From NCBI GenBank assembly GCA_030427125.1, contig JAUHXF010000001.1:116102-180101 (forward strand): DNA of 64,000 nucleotides. The letters run 5' to 3'. How positions within the stretch are numbered: the stretch's first letter is position 1; every line of letters begins with the position of its first letter. Made by a program: the position numbers and the translations under genes. The notes beneath the pieces were generated by a model that saw only the letters and a program-made list of their open reading frames with translations, searched no databases and was not told the DNA's origin. Origin of the DNA: a bacterium. Lineage in GTDB: Bacteria > Patescibacteriota > Saccharimonadia > Saccharimonadales > SZUA-47. This document shows, in pieces, positions 49,152 to 57,862 of the stretch.

Positions 49152-50012
49152 CTAACCCCCACAGACGCTATCACTTAGTGGTACAAGGTTAGCGAATCGA
49201 TCTTGCACCTGTTGTTCAGTCGGCTCTGTGTCTTGCACGAATATAACGACATTACCGATCAGGTTATTAATGCGCTCAAGTCGCGCTTCATCATTTTCAA
49301 ACTCTGATTCATCATGTCCATCATCCTCCATGCCGTGGGCATAGGCTTTTTGAGTGAACCAATCAAGCGGGTTGAATGAAGTTTCTTCATCAGTGTTTAA
49401 GTAGCTTTTCTTGCCCAAAAAATCCTCAAGATCCATATTGAGAAAATCGTTCCAGTCTTTTTGCTCATAACTATTTTCATCACCAATATAGACGTAGAAA
49501 TTGGCTCCTTCTGGGATATCTGGCAACAGATCGCCAGCTGTTCTAACATGATGCATGCGCATCATTCCTTGGTCATAACGTCGACCAAGTGAATCATCCT
49601 CTCCACCAATAAGATTCCAGCCGTAGAACTTCAAGAATTCACCACCAGTAATACCGCTCCAGTGTACATGAGCCATTTGGTCCATTTCGTCATGGAAATC
49701 GATTGGCTGACCAGTCAGCTCAGCACTACAAGAGTTTTTATCATACTCTTCTTGGAAATCATGGTGGGAGAAATCAACGGGCTCACCATCTACAACAATT
49801 TGAGTCCTCAAATGGTAATGCTCGAATTCTGGATTACGCAAATGAGCTGGTGTTGATGCATACAAGTATCCGTAATAGCCACCGCTAAGTAACAATACAG
49901 CCAGCGCTACCAGTCCGCCTTTAATAAACCATGTTTTCTTGTTGGAAGATTTTTTTGTATTTTCAACCTCTTTCACATCTTTATTTTCTTGTTTTTCCTC
50001 TTCTTTTGCCAT
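49152..50012 (-). CDS. His/Met-rich membrane-anchored protein (putative metal-binding), hypothetical
   Basis: N-terminal TM. Clusters HYHLRT, HHDFQ, HVHW and MMRMHHVR. Immediately downstream of the copper ATPase on the same strand. Confidence 0.4.
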   Translation of the reverse strand: MAKEEEKQENKDVKEVENTKKSSNKKTWFIKGGLVALAVLLLSGGYYGYLYASTPAHLRNPEFEHYHLRTQIVVDGEPVDFSHHDFQEEYDKNSCSAELTGQPIDFHDEMDQMAHVHWSGITGGEFLKFYGWNLIGGEDDSLGRRYDQGMMRMHHVRTAGDLLPDIPEGANFYVYIGDENSYEQKDWNDFLNMDLEDFLGKKSYLNTDEETSFNPLDWFTQKAYAHGMEDDGHDESEFENDEARLERINNLIGNVVIFVQDTEPTEQQVQDRFANLVPLSDSVCGG

Positions 50013-50013
50013 G

Positions 50014-52026
50014 TTACACCTCCTTAGTTCTTAGTAACTGTGCATTAAATGCAACGATAATTGTTGATAGCGACATCAGTACAGCGCCAATTGCTGGCGA
50101 TAACACAAAACCGACGCCCGCTAAGGCTCCAGCAGCAAGTGGTATTGCTATAACGTTATATCCAGTTGCCCACACAAGATTCTGCTGCATTTTTCTATAC
50201 GTTGCCTTTGATAGATTAATTATGCGCGATACGCCTTGTGGGTCGCTACTTGCAAGCACAATACTAGCTGATTCAATGGCTACGTCTGTGCCTGCACCAA
50301 TAGCAATGCCAACATCAGCTTGCGTGAGCGCTGGCGCATCATTTACACCATCTCCAACAAAGGCGACTTTCTTGCCATCCTTTTGCAATTTCTTGACTAC
50401 ATCTGACTTATTCTCAGGCAGTACTTCTGCATGGTAGTCATCGATTCCGAGCTGATCGGCCACCCAAGAAGCCACACCCCTGGAGTCGCCAGTGACTATC
50501 GCGACTTTTTTGCCAGCTTTCTGCAGAGTCTTAACAGCGGATTTAGATTCTTCTCGAATGGTATCTGCAATCATAAAAGCGCCTAAAACTTCATTTCCGG
50601 TTATGGCGTAGACAACTGTCTGACCATTTTCGTGTGCTTTATCGGTAGCTTTTTGCAGTTTAGAATTCAGTTGAGCTTTTTGTTCTTTTAGGAGTCTTGG
50701 GCCACCAACGTAGTAGGTAGTCTTTCCGATCTTTGCCTTAGCGCCACGACCCTCGAGCGCACTGAAATTATCAGCAGACTTTATCTTTACTTTTGTGTCC
50801 TTGGCCTTGGTAACGATGGCTTCGGCAATTGGATGTTCTGAATCTTGCTCTACACCGGCAGCAATAGCAAGCAACTCTTCTTTAATGTCAGCAACAATAT
50901 CAACCACGCCTTGTTCGCCAGTTGTAAGGGTTCCAGTTTTATCAAAAAGAACGACGTCTACATTACGCACGAGTTCCAAAGCGCTTCTTTCTCGTACAAT
51001 TACTCCCGCACTTGCTGCTTTGCTGGTTGAAATAGCTGTAACCAATGGAATCGCTAACCCTAGTGCATGCGGACAGGCGATGATTAATACCGCCACCACT
51101 CGCTCAAGTGTGTAGCCACCTGATTCGCCAGCGATTGACCACCCGATCGCAGTTACGAACGCAGCTATGAGTGCGATATAAAAAAGATAGGCTGCAGCTC
51201 TGTCGGCTAGAATTTGTGTTTTAGATTTGCTATTTTGAGCATCAGAAACAAGCTTCATAATTCCAGCAAGAGCAGTATCGTCACCAATTTTAGTTACTTT
51301 CATAGTAAGTGAACCACTGCCGTTAACGGTACCAGCTGCTAATTCACTATCCTTGGCCTTATCTACCGGTTTTGATTCACCAGTCAGCATCGATTCGTTA
51401 ACCTTGGATTCACCCTTAATAACGACACCATCAACAGGTATTTGTGAACCGGGGCGTATAAGTACCTTATCTCCGACTTTCAGCTCTTTAACCGACACCG
51501 TCTTAGTCCCAGATTTAGTCACTAATTCAGCTTCGTCAGGTAGAAGCTTGGCAAGTTCGTTTAATGCTCCTTGCGCGTTCATGACAGACGCCATCTCTAA
51601 CCAGTGACCAAGTAACATAATCGTTACGAGGGAGGCAAGCTCCCACCAGAAATCCATACCATCTACAATGTTGAGTGTAATAAGTGAGCTATATATAAAT
51701 GCAACACTAATTGCGAGTGAGATAAGCGTCATCATGCCCGGTTGACGGTTGGCAATTTCTGCTTTTGCACTCTTTAGAAAAACCAAACCACCGTAAAAGA
51801 AAATAATCACTCCAAAAATTGCCGGGATGTATTCACTTCCTGTGAACGAAATAGCGTTGTAGCCCAATAAATCTTGAATGGTTTGGGAAAAATATAGGAC
51901 TGGCAGAGTGAACAGTAGCGATAACCAGAATTTCTGCTTAAACATATTGGGGTTATGGCCCGCATGTTTATCATGGCCTCCATGCTCTGAATGATTCATA
52001 TGATGGTGATGCTCGTGATGATTCAT
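50014..52026 (-). CDS. copB: copper-translocating P1B-type ATPase (CopB-like, CPH motif, His-rich N-terminus)
   Basis: N-terminal MNHHEHHHHMNHSEHGGHDKHAGH, TM6 motif CPH (IACPHALG), DKTGTLT and GDGVNDAP. Confidence 0.85.
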   Translation of the reverse strand: MNHHEHHHHMNHSEHGGHDKHAGHNPNMFKQKFWLSLLFTLPVLYFSQTIQDLLGYNAISFTGSEYIPAIFGVIIFFYGGLVFLKSAKAEIANRQPGMMTLISLAISVAFIYSSLITLNIVDGMDFWWELASLVTIMLLGHWLEMASVMNAQGALNELAKLLPDEAELVTKSGTKTVSVKELKVGDKVLIRPGSQIPVDGVVIKGESKVNESMLTGESKPVDKAKDSELAAGTVNGSGSLTMKVTKIGDDTALAGIMKLVSDAQNSKSKTQILADRAAAYLFYIALIAAFVTAIGWSIAGESGGYTLERVVAVLIIACPHALGLAIPLVTAISTSKAASAGVIVRERSALELVRNVDVVLFDKTGTLTTGEQGVVDIVADIKEELLAIAAGVEQDSEHPIAEAIVTKAKDTKVKIKSADNFSALEGRGAKAKIGKTTYYVGGPRLLKEQKAQLNSKLQKATDKAHENGQTVVYAITGNEVLGAFMIADTIREESKSAVKTLQKAGKKVAIVTGDSRGVASWVADQLGIDDYHAEVLPENKSDVVKKLQKDGKKVAFVGDGVNDAPALTQADVGIAIGAGTDVAIESASIVLASSDPQGVSRIINLSKATYRKMQQNLVWATGYNVIAIPLAAGALAGVGFVLSPAIGAVLMSLSTIIVAFNAQLLRTKEV

Positions 52027-52030
52027 GAAA

Positions 52031-52312
52031 TTAACCTCGTACGTTCGTTAAGTCATAAATCCGCAACATCTCATCGATAATTTCCTGTTGAGTTTTTGCA
52101 TCACCCTCGGTCATGCCTTCTTTAACATGGGTCTTCATGTGGTTTTCTAGTACTAGTTTATTAAGAGAGCGGAGAGACTGCTGGATAGCTAAACTTTGGG
52201 TAAGAATATCTATGCAATATTCTTCCTTTTCAATTGCTTTAATCAGCCCCTTAAACTGTCCCTCAATAATCTTTGACCTGTGTGTCGCGCGTTTTTTAAT
52301 ATCTTGAATCAT
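52031..52312 (-). CDS. csoR: CsoR/RcnR-family metal-sensing transcriptional repressor
   Basis: Core …IIEGQFKGLIKAIEKEEYCIDILTQ…H…C-type ligand pattern. Start taken at Met8 of the track ORF. Confidence 0.75.
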   Translation of the reverse strand: MIQDIKKRATHRSKIIEGQFKGLIKAIEKEEYCIDILTQSLAIQQSLRSLNKLVLENHMKTHVKEGMTEGDAKTQQEIIDEMLRIYDLTNVRG

Positions 52313-52323
52313 ACATACAATAT

Positions 52324-52340
52324 ATACCCCCATGGGGTAT
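52324..52340. promoter_or_regulatory. candidate CsoR operator: GC-core inverted repeat ATACCCC-CAT-GGGGTAT
   Basis: Near-perfect palindrome 12–28 nt upstream of the csoR start codon. It resembles described CsoR operators (TACCC…GGGTA type). Confidence 0.6.
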
Positions 52341-52545
52341 TAATGCAACTTTTCAAGCAACTAAAAAACGCCTCTGTCTTGAGGCGAATTTGAGTTACAA
52401 ATGTTGTAATTTACTCTGGAGGGCCATCTGGGACAATGCACGTTTCGTCGTATTCTCGAAGCGAGCTTCTGTGAGAACTCCTTACGAGCGAACCCATCCG
52501 CCTGTCGGCGGAATCTGGGTTCTCGTCGCTAAATACATTTCCAAT

Positions 52546-52570
52546 TCAAAAAGCCACACAATGTGGCTTC
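52546..52570 (-). terminator. rho-independent terminator after the tRNA-Arg/tRNA-Lys pair
   Basis: On the minus strand, hairpin GAAGCCACA-TTG-TGTGGCTT followed by TTTTTG. Confidence 0.55.
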
Positions 52571-52576
52571 ATGAAT

Positions 52577-52653
52577 TGGAGGGCCTGGTGGGATTCGAAC
52601 CCACGACACGCGGCTTAAGAGGCCGCTGCTCTAACCAACTGAGCTACAGGCCC
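52577..52653 (-). tRNA. tRNA-Lys(CTT)
   Basis: Minus strand: acceptor GGGCCTG/CAGGCCC, anticodon stem GCGGC/GCCGC with loop CTCTTAA, T-loop TTCGAAT, discriminator U, CCA encoded. Confidence 0.8.
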
Positions 52654-52663
52654 ACATATATTG

Positions 52664-52738
52664 TGGTGCGCCCGCAGGGACTCGAACCCCGAATAATGGT
52701 TCCGAAGACCATTGTGATATCCATTTCACCACAGGCGC
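52664..52738 (-). tRNA. tRNA-Arg(TCG)
   Basis: Minus strand: acceptor GCGCCTG/CGGGCGC (with one G-U pair), D-stem GTGA/TCAC, anticodon stem ATGGT/ACCAT with loop CTTCGGA, T-loop TTCGAGT, CCA encoded. Confidence 0.75.
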
Positions 52739-52849
52739 ACGTCAGAAATTTGTCTTACTTTCGTTTTGCTAATCCTCTCGCAAAACGAGAAGCTGCAATC
52801 GGAAGATAATTTTAACAGAAAACAGATAAGAATGCTAGAATGCAATGGT

Positions 52850-53677
52850 ATGAAAAAAGAATTAAACGGTGCAGAGCTTGCTGATTTTGTCAAAGAACGA
52901 CAAGCTAAGGCTGTGCGCGGGTTGCGTCAACAATGGAATATACTGCCGAAGCTCGCGATTATTCGTACTAATCCAGAACCAGTGGTAGATAGCTATATGC
53001 GTATCAAAACTGGGTACGGTGAAGATATTCTTATTGATGTCGAGGTACATACAATTGACCAATCGGAAGCAATGCAGACTATACAGCGTTTAAATTCCGA
53101 TGATGCAGTGCATGGGATAATCGTACAGATTCCACTCCCTGATAGATCTCAAACCACTGAAGTCCTAAATGCGGTTGCGGCACAAAAAGACGTTGATGGT
53201 CTCAGCGAAAAATCACGATTCGACGCACCGACGCCAGTTGCTATAACGTGGCTACTGAACGGCTATAACATTGAGCTAGCAGGCAAGAAAATAGTACTCG
53301 TTGGCAATGGCCGGCTCGTTGGCAAGCCGCTCGCGCGTATGTGGAAGCAATCCGGCTATGATGTGACCGTGGCAGATAAAAATACTGCGAATCTTCCTGA
53401 GCTTACAAGACAAGCTGATGTACTTGTGTCGGCTACTGGTGTGCCAGGGCTTATAACTGTAGATATGGTGAAGCCAGATGCAGTTATCGTTGACGCTGGT
53501 GTGGCGACAGACAGTAATGGACTCATTGGTGACGTGTCCCAAGACGCTCGAGATCTGCCAGGAGTAATTATGACACCAGTAAAAGGTGGGGTGGGCCCGT
53601 TGACCGTTGCAGCGTTATTCGAGAACGTTATATCCGCCGCGCGTTCAACTGTGAAATCGGATTTAAATCCGAGTTAA
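52850..53677 (+). CDS. folD: bifunctional methylenetetrahydrofolate dehydrogenase/cyclohydrolase FolD
   Basis: IVQIPLP and GGVGPLT motifs. Start at the ATG at 52850 (MKKELNG). The C-terminal KSDLNPS* is encoded by the palindromic repeat. Confidence 0.85.
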   Translation: MKKELNGAELADFVKERQAKAVRGLRQQWNILPKLAIIRTNPEPVVDSYMRIKTGYGEDILIDVEVHTIDQSEAMQTIQRLNSDDAVHGIIVQIPLPDRSQTTEVLNAVAAQKDVDGLSEKSRFDAPTPVAITWLLNGYNIELAGKKIVLVGNGRLVGKPLARMWKQSGYDVTVADKNTANLPELTRQADVLVSATGVPGLITVDMVKPDAVIVDAGVATDSNGLIGDVSQDARDLPGVIMTPVKGGVGPLTVAALFENVISAARSTVKSDLNPS

Positions 53678-53686
53678 ATCCGATTT
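53654..53686. repeat. 33-bp palindromic repeat, copy 2
   Basis: AAATCGGATTT AAATCCGAGTT AAATCCGATTT followed by a T-run. Contains the folD stop codon and lies between convergent genes. Confidence 0.7.
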
Positions 53687-53696
53687 CTATTTTTTG

Positions 53697-54959
53697 CTAT
53701 GTTAACTCAAGAACTGCTTGCTGAAAAAGGCTGCCTTTTTCTTCGAATGAACTCCACAAGACAGTGCTAGGAGCTGCTGTCGATAGTAGACAGATGCTGC
53801 CGCTTGGCGTTTGTTCTGCTGCCCAGTTAACTGCTTCTTTCATGTCACGCGTCTCAAAAATGTCTGGTGTATACGATTCAGGTAGTTGAGATTTAATTAT
53901 AGCGCCGGTATCTGGAAACAGCACTAGTTTCGGTATGCCCACTCGGCTAATCATCCGTATCAGTTCAGAGAAGTCGTATTCTCGATCAACACCACCAAGC
54001 ATGATGCAACCCACTGGCCCTCTGTTACGGATGAGGGCTTCAATACCTGCTATTGTTGCCTCTGGTGTCGAGCCGATGGCATCATCAACAAACGTCACGC
54101 CGTTCACGTTCTTAACCGTTTGCAGACGATGTCTAACGGGTTCAAATTCCCGCAGTGACAGCATCGTGATGTTCCTATCAACGCCAAGCGACTCTGCAAC
54201 TGTCCTCGCCATAAGGAAGTTGAGCCGATTATGATCACCAATAAGCTTTGCTTGCGACATATCGATAGTTTCATTGGGGTCAATTGCAACCGTTTTAGCT
54301 TTCGTGTCTGCAATCCAGTGCAAGGCGAATTCAGTCTGTGGGTTATAAACAAACATACCACTCTCATCCATGTGACGCATAATATTACGCTTTGCTTCCC
54401 AATACGCATCAATGCTGCCGTGGTAGTCTATATGGTCTCGGAAGAGGTTTGTGAGTATCGCTACATCAGGGCTTTGTGTAAGTTCATTCAGCTGAAAACT
54501 AGAAAGCTCGACGACAAATATATCTGTGCTCTTTGCGTCTCTTAAGGAATCGAGCATTGGATCACCCATGTTGCCACAGAGCCTAACCGGAAAACCGCCG
54601 TTTTTCAGCATGAAGGCGAGGAGTGATGCTGTCGTTGTTTTACCTTTTGTACCAGTCACACCAATTGTCTTTGCTCCAAGTTGCTTTACGCAGTCGAAAA
54701 ACACTCGAGTTGGTGTCGTATACGGTAACGGCAGCTGATTACCGGGATAACCTGCTGTTTTTACAAATATGGTTGATTCAGGGTTCATTGCTTGTAGTTC
54801 TGTAAGCTGTGTTTCTTTTGTGTCCTCGGTTAAGTACACAGATTTTAAAGATTTTATCTGCGCATTATCGGTGATAAATTTTTCAAAGCTAGACCACTCT
54901 TTGCCTTTACCTATAAAAACCACATCTTTACCCGTAAAGTACTCTAGATTAAATATCAT
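53697..54959 (-). CDS. Mur ligase family protein, MurD-like (possibly MurD2-type)
   Basis: P-loop GVTGTKGKTTT, DHIDYHGS and GDHNRLN motifs. The N-terminal Rossmann-like VVFIGKGKEWSS resembles MurD. Confidence 0.6.
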   Translation of the reverse strand: MIFNLEYFTGKDVVFIGKGKEWSSFEKFITDNAQIKSLKSVYLTEDTKETQLTELQAMNPESTIFVKTAGYPGNQLPLPYTTPTRVFFDCVKQLGAKTIGVTGTKGKTTTASLLAFMLKNGGFPVRLCGNMGDPMLDSLRDAKSTDIFVVELSSFQLNELTQSPDVAILTNLFRDHIDYHGSIDAYWEAKRNIMRHMDESGMFVYNPQTEFALHWIADTKAKTVAIDPNETIDMSQAKLIGDHNRLNFLMARTVAESLGVDRNITMLSLREFEPVRHRLQTVKNVNGVTFVDDAIGSTPEATIAGIEALIRNRGPVGCIMLGGVDREYDFSELIRMISRVGIPKLVLFPDTGAIIKSQLPESYTPDIFETRDMKEAVNWAAEQTPSGSICLLSTAAPSTVLWSSFEEKGSLFQQAVLELT

Positions 54960-56299
54960 AATAGTTTCTCCTGTATTTTCTGTGTTAAGGCAGTGTTTAT
55001 TTTTGGTGGAAATGCTGATTCTTGTGAAAGTAGCTCAGCCTCCACAGTGCTCTTATCGTTACCAACGAGCCCTTCATTACTGGCTTTTTGCATTAGAGCT
55101 GTGTTTGTAAATCGCTCTTGTCTGTGGAGTTCTTGCAGTGAGTAAAGGAGCTCGTTTGGTGTACCGACGCAGTCTAGTATCGGAGTGTTGCTACGTCCGA
55201 GCAGCGATATAAAAAGTTCTTCCAGCTCAGGTTCGTCAAGAAAGTTACGTCCAAAAGTCTCTTTGAGTTGTTCATCGGTCATATATGGACTCATGAGAAT
55301 GAAGCTACTCAGCGATTTAGGAGAGTCGTGTGACCAGCGAGGGTGATCGCGTTCACCTTGTTTTATACGAAAGACACTGTTGTCGCTTGTGAAGACGTTA
55401 AAATAGCTTGGATACCGCGAGAATAACTTGGCTATACCAAGTGATGTGAGTGGACGTATTGCACTAAAGTATTGCAGCTGCTCATCAATCTCACGCACGA
55501 CGTATTCCTGGAATAAACGCTCAAACTCTAATGATTTACTCCATTGGTGATTGATATCCATGCCATCCCATGAGACATGCGGGATGCTTGCACTCGCTTC
55601 ATTAGCGACAACCACGTATTTACGCTGATCTGCAGCTGCCAACATACAACCAGTAAGTGCAAAAATAAGCGAAATAGGAATGTGCCCATTGAATGCACCA
55701 TCAAGTTTGTTGATTTCAATGATCTGTTGATCGAGTCTTCTTTTTACTGGCTGCAGGTTTATCCCCATTATGTCTGCTACATCTTTTGTTTGACCGAGAA
55801 TTTCGCCTGTTGCTAGCACAAAACCACTTACGTCGATAGAAAGTTCTTTTAACAGTTCGCCAGCAACGATTGAATCTTTGCCGCCACCGATTCCCAGCAA
55901 AGCTTTTTCTTCATATGTAGCGGATGCGCTTGTTATCTCAGTGCCATTTTGTGGGGTAAATTGTGCTAGTTTGTCTGCGCTAAGATTGTTCTTATACAAA
56001 AACTCACCGAGCCCATTTCTGTATACCGTATTCCAGAAAGACGCCTCGTAATCGCTCATATTGTAGGAGTGGAGAAGCTCAGGCGGTATGAATGCTTTGT
56101 AGTAGCTAATGCCTAATGCGAGGTGGAGTGCCTTCGTCAGCTTATCAGTAGTAACATTTTGCGGGATGGCAATTGGGAAATCGAGCGATTCAGAAAGTTG
56201 AAACGATTCTTCATCGGTTTTGATGACATATTCACAAGATAGTATTGTTCTATCTTCGTTCCACGTCGTTTTTGCAAAGCTGAAAGATACGCCGATCAT
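54956..56299 (-). CDS. PP-loop (SGGxDS-type) ATP pyrophosphatase-fold protein, candidate MurL-like partner of the MurD-like ligase
   Basis: LLGIGGGKDSIVAGELL PP-loop located mid-protein. 447 aa. Start overlaps the upstream ligase stop by 4 nt (translationally coupled). Confidence 0.4.
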   Translation of the reverse strand: MIGVSFSFAKTTWNEDRTILSCEYVIKTDEESFQLSESLDFPIAIPQNVTTDKLTKALHLALGISYYKAFIPPELLHSYNMSDYEASFWNTVYRNGLGEFLYKNNLSADKLAQFTPQNGTEITSASATYEEKALLGIGGGKDSIVAGELLKELSIDVSGFVLATGEILGQTKDVADIMGINLQPVKRRLDQQIIEINKLDGAFNGHIPISLIFALTGCMLAAADQRKYVVVANEASASIPHVSWDGMDINHQWSKSLEFERLFQEYVVREIDEQLQYFSAIRPLTSLGIAKLFSRYPSYFNVFTSDNSVFRIKQGERDHPRWSHDSPKSLSSFILMSPYMTDEQLKETFGRNFLDEPELEELFISLLGRSNTPILDCVGTPNELLYSLQELHRQERFTNTALMQKASNEGLVGNDKSTVEAELLSQESAFPPKINTALTQKIQEKLL

Positions 56300-56318
56300 T
56301 AGAGGTATTATAGCCTAC

Positions 56319-56684
56319 TTACGCGACGTGTTCTTTGACCATTTCAGCGACTTGTCGAGGGGTCATATTTGCTTTTAGGATAAATGCCTCTACTTTAAGG
56401 TCTTTAATCGTTGCAGGTGCTTCGCTTTCTCCCATGTTTGTCAGAATAATCACTTTCAGGTCTTTGCCCCAGTCGGTTTCGCGCAGTTTCGTCAGCATTT
56501 CCTCGCCATCCATCTCAGGCATCATTAAATCGAGCAGAATGATATCTGGCTTCATTTCTTCAACGAGCGCCAGGCCTAACTTTCCATTCTCGGCAGTTTC
56601 TACCGTGTAACCTTCAGCTTCAAACTTTATACGGTACATCTGGCTGATAGCAGCATCGTCCTCAATAATTGCTATTTTACTCAT
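56319..56684 (-). CDS. stand-alone response regulator receiver (CheY-like) domain protein
   Basis: DD…D phospho-acceptor pattern (IIEDD…LLDLMMP) and a conserved K. 121 aa with no output domain. Confidence 0.8.
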   Translation of the reverse strand: MSKIAIIEDDAAISQMYRIKFEAEGYTVETAENGKLGLALVEEMKPDIILLDLMMPEMDGEEMLTKLRETDWGKDLKVIILTNMGESEAPATIKDLKVEAFILKANMTPRQVAEMVKEHVA

Positions 56685-56688
56685 AGTT

Positions 56689-57810
56689 CTATTTAAGCAT
56701 ATTCACAACGTGAGTTAGAATATCTAGCCCTTTTTTGACCTCATTTATTTCAGCACCATATGAAAGCCGAACATATCCGTGTCGACTGGAAAATGCACGT
56801 CCAGGTACTAGTATAAGATTATGCTCAAGAAGTAATTCACAGAACTCTATATCTGTCATGTCGTTTGGCGCTCGGAAGAAGACATAGTAACTTCCTTGCA
56901 CGCCTTCAATTTGAAGCCCTAGTTCTGTAAGTGCATTCACCACCAGGTCTCTCTTCGTCTTATATTTGGTTGAGAGGTTTTGTTCTAGTCGGAGTGCAGT
57001 GATGGCTGCGTGTTGTGCGATGGCTGATGATGAAAAAACGGCGTATTGTTGTAGTTCATTGATTGCTTCTATGACATCAAGCGGGCCTGACATGAACCCG
57101 AGTCGCCATCCAGTCATAGCATGTTGTTTTGAAAAACCAAACATACTTATTGTATCTGGATAAACACTTCCGACACTAAAATGCTCCCCCTCATAGATAA
57201 AATGCTCGTATATCTCGTCAGAAATAATGTACAGTCCGTGTTTTTCAGCTAATTCTGCTACTGCTAAGAGGTCTTTTTTTGGATAGACGGTTCCTGTTGG
57301 ATTATTCGGACTATTAATGACAATGGCTCTCGTTTTATCAGTGATACTGGCTTCTATCGCGGCTAGGTTGAGCTGGAAGTCAGGGAGGGTTACGACCGAC
57401 ATGACTGTTACGCCGAGTGCATCTGCAAGCTGATCGTATGGCGGGTAGCCCGGATCCATGGTGATTATCTCGTCGCCCGGGTCCAAAATGCTCATGTACA
57501 CAAGAAGAAGCCCAGTTGTCAGGCCAGGAACAACTGTAATTTGGTCGACTGATGTGTGTATGTTGTTTTGTGTGGATAGCTTCTTTTGTACTTCTTCGCG
57601 CAACTCGAGCAATCCATTCGCAGGGGTATAGCCAGTTTTGTCGTCGTTTATGGCTGCTATGCCTGCCTGTTTGATAGCAGTATCTGTCTTCTCTTCAGGC
57701 GTGCCGACACTTAAATCTACGGGTGTATCAAGTAGTGCTTGTTTACGAAAGACGTCACGAAACACACTGCTGTCAAAACTATTAATTCTAGCTGATACTC
57801 GTTTTTTCAT
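56689..57810 (-). CDS. class I/II PLP-dependent aminotransferase (aspartate aminotransferase-like)
   Basis: FGFSKQHAMTGWRLGFM PLP-Lys region. 373 aa. Confidence 0.8.
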   Translation of the reverse strand: MKKRVSARINSFDSSVFRDVFRKQALLDTPVDLSVGTPEEKTDTAIKQAGIAAINDDKTGYTPANGLLELREEVQKKLSTQNNIHTSVDQITVVPGLTTGLLLVYMSILDPGDEIITMDPGYPPYDQLADALGVTVMSVVTLPDFQLNLAAIEASITDKTRAIVINSPNNPTGTVYPKKDLLAVAELAEKHGLYIISDEIYEHFIYEGEHFSVGSVYPDTISMFGFSKQHAMTGWRLGFMSGPLDVIEAINELQQYAVFSSSAIAQHAAITALRLEQNLSTKYKTKRDLVVNALTELGLQIEGVQGSYYVFFRAPNDMTDIEFCELLLEHNLILVPGRAFSSRHGYVRLSYGAEINEVKKGLDILTHVVNMLK

Positions 57811-57862
57811 TTTTATTTTCTTTTGATAGCTGGATTATACCATAAACTTTATATTCGAAACT

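Noticed and set aside
52400-52545. Possible structured ncRNA in the 145-bp spacer between the tRNA terminator and the csoR operator
   Set aside because: It contains small hairpins (CCGCC-TGTC-GGCGG; CTCG-AAG-CGAG), but I could not fold it into a tRNA, SRP-RNA or other recognisable class by eye. It is left unassigned.
52390-52809. 139-aa plus-strand ORF in the six-frame track
   Set aside because: It runs antisense across two well-formed minus-strand tRNA genes (Lys, Arg) and their terminator, so it is almost certainly non-coding.
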